Positions 48,901 through 58,600 of a stretch of DNA of 64,000 nt are shown here, in pieces (position 1 is the stretch's first letter; the number at the start of each line of letters is the position of its first letter). Position numbers and translations under genes: made by a program. Under the pieces are notes generated by a model. The model did not search any database. It saw nothing but the letters and a program-made list of their open reading frames with translations, and was not told the origin of the DNA. Origin of the DNA: Dimorphilus gyrociliatus (lineage: Eukaryota; Animalia; Annelida); assembly GCA_904063045.1 (NCBI GenBank), contig CAJFCJ010000022.1, forward strand, positions 1 through 64,000. The letters are read 5' to 3'.

Positions 48901-51830
48901 GCAATCGCAAGCGTAGCTATTTGGTAAATCATAGCACACGCCTCCATTTTTGCAAGGATTTGCCTGACATTCATCAATGTCAATGCAACAGTCCTTTCCG
49001 GTCCATCCAGGTAAGCAGGTGCATTCAAAATCATTGATACGGTCAGTACACGTTCCACCGTTCAAGCAAGGGCTTGACTGGCAGTCGTCAATATCTATCG
49101 AACATAAAGGTCCAGTCCATCCAGGTGTGCAGATACATTGGAAGGAGTTGATGAGATCTTTGCAAGTGGCTCCATTCTGGCATGGTGCTTCAATGCATTC
49201 GTTGATATTTATTTCACAGCTTTTTCCAGTGTAGCCTTGTTGACATTCACATGTATAGTCATTAACTTGATCTGTGCAAGTACCACCATGTCGGCATGGA
49301 TTTGAAAGGCATTCATTTATGTTTATTTGACAATTTTGTCCAGAATAACCAGGAGCACATTCACAAGCGTAGCCGTTTTCTTTGTCATGACAAGTTGCTC
49401 CATTCAGGCATGGGTTTTTATCGCATTCATTAATGTTGTCACAACAATCTTTTCCAGCCCAACCAGCTGTACAGAAACAACTGAAGTCATCAACAAGATC
49501 ATTACAACTTCCACCATTTAAACATGGGTTTGGTTTGCAATCATCAATGTTTTCACCGCAATCCGACCCAGTCCAGCCAGCGGCACAAATGCACTGATAA
49601 GCGTTTACGAGATCTTTACATGTAGCTCCGTTTTTACATGGGTTTTCTGCGCATTCGTTAACATTATCTTCACAGATTCTTCCAGCCCAACCTTGAGGAC
49701 AGGTGCATTCAAAACCATTTATTCTGTCGTGGCACGAACCACCATTTTTACAAGGTGAAGATTGACACTCGTCGATGTTTTCCATACAATTTCGTCCAGT
49801 GTAGCCTGGTTTGCAAGCGCACTTGTAATCGTTGACCAAATCATAACAGGTTCCGCCATTTCCGCATGGGTTTTCAGCACACTCGTTGATATTTTCGCAA
49901 CAATCTTTACCTCTCCATCCATCTAAACAGAAACACTGGAAATCATTCACACGGCCTTCACAAGTGCCACCATTCAAGCATGGATTGGGTTCACACATGT
50001 TGATTACTTCTCCGCAGTCAATACCTGTATATCCAGCGGCGCATTCGCAGATATATCCATTTATTTTATCATGGCAAGTGGCGCCGTTTTTGCAAGGCTG
50101 TGATAAACATTCGTCGATTTCTTTTTCGCAACGAACTCCAGTGTATCCTGGCTCACACGAGCATGTGAAAGAATTTGGACTGCTGGTACAGGTACCATGA
50201 AAACATGGATCAGGTTTACAGTTATTGATCAGAGTTTCACAATTCGTTCCAGTATATCCTTCAGGGCATTCGCAGTCGTATCTATTCTTTCCATTCTTAC
50301 AAGTTCCACCATTTTGACAAGGATTAGATTCACATTCATTAATGTCGACGTCACAGTTTTTACCAGTATATCCTGGCTTGCAAATACATTGGTAGGTTGT
50401 TGGTGTAGACACGCAGCCGAGGGAGTGTACACAAGGGTCAGGGTTACAATGGTCAATTGGTGTTTCACAATGAAGTCCAGTGAAACCGGCAGGACACACA
50501 CATTCATAACCAATTCTTAAATCTTTACATGTACCACCATTGAAGCAAGGATTCGGATCGCAACGATTGACTTCAGTTTCACAGTTGATACCAGTGAAAT
50601 CGATAGGACATATACATTTGTACGAAGAAAGACGATTCTCACATGTTCCGCCGTTGGTACAAGGATTCGATTTACAAGGATTTTTTTCAGTTTCACAATG
50701 TACCCCAGTATATTCCGATGGACAGACGCATTTATATCCATTGACTTCAGGGATGCATGTAGCTCCATTTTGACATGGGTTCGAATTACAATAGTTGATC
50801 ATTGTTTCACAATTTTTACCCGTGAATCCAACGGGGCATTGACATTCATAATCATTTGTAAATTCTATGCATGTTGCACCATTCTTGCATGGATCCGGTG
50901 AGCATGTACGTTTATCTGAAACACAAACATATATTACACCATTGATTTAAAAAAGAATCTATACACATACTTGTTGCCTTGCAAGTGTCCTCCAAGATTA
51001 TGTTCTTGAATTTTTCAATGTCGTTAAAGTTAGCAATTCTTATAATTTTCGATAAGTCGGATGCGATGGCTTGGATTTCGTTTTCATTTACGGAGCCAAC
51101 AGGAATAGCGAATACAGTAACATTAAGAGATGTATGGACTTTTAATTGTTCGGCTGTAGGTATGGTTAAATGCGGATTTTCATTTGAGGCACCATCAGTG
51201 AGAACTAGAGCGATATTCGGGACATCTAATCTGTCACCTCCGCTGGGTGTGAAAACTTCATCCATTGCCTTTTGCAATCCACCTGCAGTGTTTGTTCGAC
51301 CAGAATCATAACCTATATTTTCAATGGCAGTCAAAATTGATTGACGGTCGGAAAGGTCATCCAAGTCGAAAATAAGTGTACAATCTGTAGCAAAAGTGAT
51401 TGCCGCTACTCTCGTATGAACGAGTGAAATGTCGAACGCTGCAGTAACATCACGAATGAATTTCTTCTGTATGGCAAAATTTGCTTGACCAATAGATCCA
51501 CTGGCATCGATGATCCAGCATATATCGACTGGGCTGCACACTGAAAAACGATGCAAACATAGTATAAAAATGACTGTAAATAGATATTCACTTACCTATT
51601 TCACACTTTTTTCCAACGTAGCCGAGTTTACATTCGCATTCAAAGTCATTTTCGTGATTAATACATTTTACTTTTCCTTCATCAAGACATGGATTAGATG
51701 CACAGTGATCAGTAGCCAGGGACACGAGTCGTTCATCACAATTTTCACCTGCACATTTCAGTTTTCTTTCGTGCACAGGTGAAGTGGTGATTTGTCCCAC
51801 AAGAAGACAAACCAAAATTACCCTATACAT
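33948..51830 (-). CDS. Giant secreted SP-EGF-vWA-(EGF)~148 protein, ~5,905 aa (gene A)
   Basis: Exons 51830-51596, 51540-50971 (vWA with intact MIDAS DASGS/T/TDG), 50915-34839 (16,077 nt) and 34783-33948 sum to 17,718 nt in one frame. Mostly Ca-binding-type EGFs; no TM, LNR, ANK, CUB or avidin domain. Confidence 0.9.
34839..50915 (-). repeat. Hierarchical coding tandem repeat (114/456/1368 nt)
   Basis: EGF unit 114 nt; KDCC motif every 4 EGFs; shadow ORFs recur at 43573/44941/46309/47677 and 44056/45424/46792/48160, exactly 1368 nt apart. Confidence 0.92.
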
Positions 51831-52021
51831 TCTGTAGCAAAAGAAGAGAAATTAGAAAAGTTTTTGTTCATAGAAATTCTTACATTGTATTTGGTAGCGG
51901 TTTTTTCTTCTCCTCCTAGTTTCTTTAACTTTTAGAACCTGTGCATAAGAAAGAAATTATTGAAAAATGATGATATCTATCTGTCTATTTAATTAGTTAG
52001 TTAGTATTTGAAGCTACTTAC

Positions 52022-52234
52022 GACTTTTACCTTCGGAGATGCTGCCTCCTAATGACGAATCTACTGAAAATGCCCAATTTATACACCTTGGCCAGACGCC
52101 ACGTATAGCGTTTAAACTACTCTACTGTCTGAAACTCATTTTTTTCTATATAGCTTTCTTAAGGAAATGCGACGTGGAACATGAGTTTTTTAGCCAACTT
52201 TAAAAAAAAGACAAAAAAACTTTTGGTGACGTAG
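52022..52234 (-). promoter_or_regulatory. TATA promoter and 5'UTR exon of gene A
   Basis: TATAAA on the minus strand at 52078-52083; short UTR exon ending at a GTAAGT donor (52021); acceptor just before ATG 51830; ACGT-core motifs at 52098, 52170 and 52227. Confidence 0.55.
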
Positions 52235-53470
52235 CTCTAAGATTTGCTCAAAAATTATCGGATGATTGAAATATAGGCCTCAGTGTTCACAAAAAAAATC
52301 AATTTTTTAACTTTTTTTTTAAAGAAAATATGAAAAATTAAAGAAAATATGGTAATCTTTTAAAGAAAAGTCAGTCTTAAAAGTATTAAGATTCTAGACT
52401 AGTCGTAAATTATCATTTCAAAATAGTATAGACATTTTTAATTTTTCGCGAATGGAATAATATCTTATCTTATCTTTTTGAGAATAGGGAATTTATTATT
52501 TATTGTACATGCATTATGATAGTTATGGATGTTTAAGTTGATTAACAATGATATATCAGATAATTGAATTAGTTTAAAGTCTCTTCCAGAAGTAATATAA
52601 GATTGTTATAGATTAATTAAGTGAACTTTCATTCCCTCTGTCAGTTTTTTTCCCATCTATTCACGAATAACTTATTAAGTGAAGAGTATATTAACTCCCA
52701 TTCCAAGATATCTTCAAAGTGAATGTTAATAAACTACACTAAATTTGTATATATGTACGTGTAAATGATCTTATAATCAGTTATTAAGGTTTTTGGAGGA
52801 AGAAGAACTTGTGGAAAGTTTAACAGACAAGATAAATTCACTAAATAGAGTATAATATATAAATGATAATAACAAAACAATAATCATGATTTATTAAAAC
52901 TTTATTAAAATCATATAGAAAAATCATTATTCGTAGTATATAGATGTTTTTTATTGAAATTGTTATATAAAACGTTACAGTTTTTTGGGTAATTACGTGT
53001 CAGCGTTCATTTTTTACGGACAGACAGATTTTTTTTAAAGCTACATGTCGAGCAATGTCATGTTGTTTTTGTCCCCAAAAAGAGAAGAGAGCATTTGCCA
53101 CGTTGAAACTTCAAAAAAAACTGTTTTTGAGCAATGAAAACACAGGTGTATAACGAAATTTTCTTGTCCGCCCCCATACGAGGACAGTCGGAGACAAGAG
53201 TTCATAGCGTCAATTGCTGTAAGTTATTTTAAGTATAATTTTTCATTATTCTACTGATAAAACTATAAAATAAAACTTAATATTTCATTGATACGGTTGA
53301 TAATAATGTATTTTTTTCATATTTTTATATAAACAAATAGGACAAGCAGTATTCACCAAAGTTTTGCGGAAACAAAAGTCTCACTTTGGGAAGGTAAACA
53401 TCTATTTAAATAAAATTTGTATATGAATAAATTTTAAAATGCGTTTTTCATCCATAGAGTAAACTCTTTG

Positions 53471-53968
53471 ATGATGCTTACGATTGTTGTATTGTGTATA
53501 GTTGGACAAGCAATTTCGGCTCCCTTCGGTAATCGTAGATTAATTATAGATGAGGAGGAGGTAGCCGGAAGATTTTCAGAAATGATAATGAAACCATGCG
53601 ATTCCAGTCCATGCTTTAATGGTGGGACCTGCGAAAATTTGAACGACGGTAGCAATTTTGAATGTAGGTGTTTGCCAACTTATTTAGGCACACAATGCAA
53701 CATCAAGGTGAACTTTTGTCTGTCGGAACCTTGCATGAATGGAGCAACCTGCAGCAATACCTCTACGGGACCTTTGTGTACTTGTGCCGCGGGATTCACC
53801 GGCACTGTATGTCAACATTTGACCAACAGTTGCAATTCTAATCCTTGTTTAAACAATGGAATTTGCATAGAATCAGAGAGTAGTTATGTTTGTTCGTGTA
53901 AAGCCTGTTTCTTTGGTAGAGACTGTGAGAGAATTGTAGTTGATTGTCAGTCTGATATTGTAATGTAA
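53471..53968 (+). CDS. Small secreted 3-EGF protein (gene C, inverted paralogue)
   Basis: Signal peptide LCIVGQAISAP resembles [11 protein letters not shown] (A) and CLLLGQVIVS (B); three EGFs; upstream TATATAAA (~53327) and a 5'UTR intron 53394-53456. Confidence 0.82.
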   Translation: MMLTIVVLCIVGQAISAPFGNRRLIIDEEEVAGRFSEMIMKPCDSSPCFNGGTCENLNDGSNFECRCLPTYLGTQCNIKVNFCLSEPCMNGATCSNTSTGPLCTCAAGFTGTVCQHLTNSCNSNPCLNNGICIESESSYVCSCKACFFGRDCERIVVDCQSDIVM

Positions 53969-54399
53969 ATTGAAGATACTGTTAAACTATAAAACTTTCT
54001 GGTTATTGTTTTGCATATGCTGAATTTGTAGAACGTTTCGAAAGTTTATGAATTCTTTAAATAAATTAAAATTTAAATATTTAGATTTTTTAGACTTTCA
54101 AAGATTTTTTTTGATGAATTCGTTAAGATGAATAACGAATAGGTTATGAGAAAACTGCTCTAGCACGACATATCCTTATAAGACCTTTGGTGAATAATTC
54201 ATTCGCACTTTTATCTGTTTATTTCTTTCATAAATGATGAACATAGGCAACGTAAAGAGTGAAGTCGTTTCAGTAGTTTCCACTTTGAATGTTACGTTTA
54301 TATTAGTTGTCATCATTTCCATAAACTTTGTCCTCTACATTTGAACAAACTGAAAAGGATATCGTCTACTTTCTATTTTGAACAAAAAGCTTTCTCTCA

Positions 54400-55260
54400 T
54401 ATTTTTGTCAAACAAAATTTGATAGGGATTTTGGTCACATTCGTCATCGATAATTCCGTAATCTTTTCCAGATAATCCAAGCAAACATTGACAGCTTTTT
54501 ATAACTATTTATTAAAATCTTGACGTGTACTCTCATTCTAAGATAGAATTTAAATTATAGGCATCAAATGCATCCCTGATTTTGCAAATATTTCTCACAG
54601 TTGCCCTGAAGAGCAATCAAACATTTAGCAAGTCAGCAAACTTTCTTTTCTGCAAAATGTGCTATACTACCCAGCGATTGCATAGTTCGTGCTATCAGTA
54701 CCATATGCTCAAGTTTTTGATCTTGAGATATGCCTAAAACTATCTTACCTGCAAAATGATAGTACTTAATTCCATGTTTACAAGTTCCACCATCTTAACA
54801 AAGAAGTGATTCACATTCATATTTATCTTTCACAAGACCTTTCAGCATTTAGGCAGAAAAGAGAGGCAGATTCATCAACATTTGTTATTATGGCAATAAC
54901 AAAATATAGGAATTTAAACAATTGTGACGTGCTCCATCATTAAGACCAAGATTTGAATAACAGTTATCATACAATACCAATCATTTCTTTTTCAGAAAAT
55001 TCGACTTTACACATACATTTATAATTGTTTGTAAGATCTCTATATGCGCTTTCGTTTCACAATGATTTAACTTGCTATTGTCACTTTTCATTTCGGAATT
55101 ATCTGCGAAGTATTCAGGTAGACAATTACATTTTTAGACGTACTCAAATAGTCAACAACTTCCACCACTCCTGTATGTAATTTGGTTGCCAAAGCTTCTT
55201 GAACATTTCTTTGCAGATGCAATCAATTATTGCTTTCTTGTAGTTTCACCAGAGCTAATG
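54400..55260 (-). pseudogene. Decayed EGF-repeat array
   Basis: The minus strand gives frameshifted, stop-ridden EGF fragments: RDLTNNYKCMCK, NVDESASLFCLNA, YECESLLC*DGGTCKHG, CQCLLGLSGKDYGIIDDEC. Confidence 0.65.
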
Positions 55261-55618
55261 GAAAAATTAATCAATTGCATTAATTTCAGATAGGTACCAA
55301 TACGGTATATATGGATTTTTTACGTAATATCCAAAGAAATATGGACAATAAACTACTTAGAATTTGGAAAAAATAGAAAAAGTTGAATTAAATGTAAAAA
55401 AAAGCAAAAAATTTGAATATAAAATTTTATTATAGAAATTTGAGCAAATTTTAATTAGAATTTAAAAAACAAAGTTCAAAAAAGGAAATAAATATAAAAT
55501 TTCAAAATGTAAAACAAAATAGTTCAAACTGAACTTTGACATGAGAACGCAATATTTTAAATATTACAATTTCTGTAATTGTATATCCTATTCTAGTATT
55601 GTTATTCAAGCATAAATA

Positions 55619-58600
55619 TTACTTTTGTTTTTGGCATCTCTTTCCTTTCCAAGGTTTCTTACATTTGCATTTGTAACCATATTTATAATTCTTACAAATG
55701 CCACCATTCAAACAGGGAGAACTACTGCAAGCATTCTTCGATTTTTCACAATATTTTCCTTTATATCCCTTCGGACACGAACATTTGAATCCACCTTTAT
55801 AATCTTTACACTTTCCACCATTTTTGCAGGGGTTAGGATTACAGGTACCCTTTTTGAGCTCGCAATGTTTTCCATAATATCCTTTCTTACAATAACACTT
55901 GTAAAAGAAGAAACCTATTGGCTTACATTTTCCACCATTTTTACAAGGCTTAGATTTGCATGGATACTTTGCAATAATAGGTTTTTCACAATATTTTCCA
56001 GTATATCCTTTCGGACACGAACATTTCACGCCACCTTTATATTGTGTACACTTTCCACCGTTTTTGCAGGGATTAGGTTTACAGGTATCCTTTTTGAGCT
56101 CGCAATGTTTTCCATAATATCCTTTTGGACAGTAACACTTGTAAAAGAAGAAACTTATTGGCTTACATTTTCCACCATTTTTACAAGGATTAGGTTTGCA
56201 TGGATACTTAATAGGCTTTTCACAATATTTTCCAATATATCCTTTCGGACACGAACATTTCACGCCACCTTTATATTGTGTACACTTTCCACCGTTTTTG
56301 CAGGGATTAGGTTTACAGGTATCCTTTTTGAGCTCGCAATGTTTTCCATAATATCCTTTTGGACAGTAACACTTGTAAAAGAAGAAACTTATTGGCTTAC
56401 ATTTTCCACCATTTTTACAAGGATTAGGTTTGCATGGATACTTAATAGGCTTTTCACAATATTTTCCAATATATCCCTTCGGACACGAACATTTGACTAT
56501 GCCTTTATAATCATTACACTTTCCACCATTTTTACAGGGGTTAGGTTTACAGATATCCTTTTTGTGCTGGCAATGTTTTCCATAATATTCTTGTTTACAT
56601 TTGCAAGAATATTTATTAGTTTGCTCTAGGCAAGTTCCACCATTTTGACAAGGACTCGAGTTACATTCCTTTATATCCTCATCGCAATTTATTCCGGTAT
56701 TTCCCGGACTACATTGACAAGTATAACCATTTACCCCATCTTTACAAGTTCCGCCATTCAAACACGGAGAAGAAGCGCATTCATTAATATTTATCTCGCA
56801 ATCGTCTCCGGAGAAACCAGGTAGACAGTTACATTTATAGCTATTTCCAAATGGTTGACAAACTCCACCATTCTGACAAAAATTTGGGTTACAAGGGTTT
56901 TTGAGCGTACATTTACAAATATCATGAGTTATTTTACTCTTATATTTTCCCAAATCATTGAAACTATCAATGTAAATGACTTTGCTGGCATCACTGGCAA
57001 TTCCTTCAATTTCGGATTTTTTAAAACGAGGCCCTACTGAAACAACAAATATTTTAACGCCAAGTTTTGTAAACATTTTCAATTGATTAGCTGTTGGAAC
57101 GGTCTTGGCCTTATTTTTGTTTGATGGTCCATCCGTGAAAAGAACAACAATATTTGGAATATTTTCTCTCTCTCCATTAGACACTTGAAAAACATGATCC
57201 ATTTCTAATTGAAGAGCATCCGCTGTATTTGTCAATCCACGGGAATATGGAATTGCATCAATTGCAGAAAGAATGCTAGCTCTATTGTTGTAATCATCAA
57301 AGTCGAACCTTAACACCGCTTTAGTTCCAAAAGTAATTGTTCCTATCCGTGTATGCGACGGAGAAATATCAAAAGCATCAGTCAGATCTCTAATGAAGCT
57401 TTTTTGTAAATTGAAGTTTAGATTTCCAAGAGAACCGCTTGTATCTATAATCCAGGAAAGATCCATCGGATTACACTCTAAAAAAAACATACAAATTAAC
57501 AATATCATTCATATTGGTAACATTTGACTTACCAAGGCTACATAACTTTCCAAAAAATCCAGACTTACATTCACAGTAAAAGCCATCTTTAACATTTTTA
57601 CATATACCGCCATTGTTACAAGGATTTGTCGGTTTACAAAAATCTTTAAGTTCGCAATTGCTTCCGGAATATCCAAAAGGACATTTGCATATATAACCAG
57701 ATAGCTGGTCAACACATGTACCACCATTCAAACATGGATTTTTCAAAAAACATTCGTTTTTATGCTCACACTTCTTTCCATAATAACCAGGAGGACATTT
57801 ACATGAATAGCCAAATTTATGACCAAAACATGTACCACCGTTAAAACAGGGATTATTTGGAAAACATAAGTTTTTGAATTCACACTTCTTTCCATAATAA
57901 CCAGGAGGACATTTACAAAAGTAGCCATTTGGTAAATCATTGCATATTCCGCCATTTAGACATGGATTTTTCGGTATACATTCGTTTTTCAGCTCACAAT
58001 GCTTTCCATAATATCCAGGGGGACACTTACAGAAATAACCAGCTTTTTGTTCAATGCATTTACCACCATTATAACATGGATTTTTTGGGAAACAGTTGTG
58101 TTTAAACTCACAATTCTTTCCGTAGAATCCAAGAGGACATTTACAAAAATAGCCATTTGGTAAATCATTGCATATTCCGCCATTTAGACACGGATTTTTC
58201 GGTACACATTCGTTTTTCAGCTCACAATGCTTTCCATAATATCCAGGGGGACACTTACAGAAATAACCAGCTTTTTGTTCAATGCATTTACCACCATTAT
58301 AACATGGATTTTTTGGGAAACAGTTGTATTTAAACTCACAATTTTTTCCATAGAATCCAAGAGGACATTTACAAAAGTAGCCATTTGGTAAATCATTGCA
58401 TATTCCGCCATTGAGACATGGATTTTTCGGTATACATTCGTCTTTCAGCTCGCAATGCTTTCCATAATATCCTAGGGGACACTTACAGATATAGCCAATT
58501 TTTTGATCAATGCATTTACCACCATTATAACATGGATTTGTTGGAAAACATGAGTTTTGTTCCTGACAAAGCTTTCCAAAATATCCAGGAGGACATTTGC

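Noticed and set aside
33948-51830. Annotation as Notch, fibropellin, Crumbs or fibrillin
   Set aside because: No LNR/ANK/TM, CUB/avidin, LamG or TB domains; the vWA head and secreted C-terminus do not fit.
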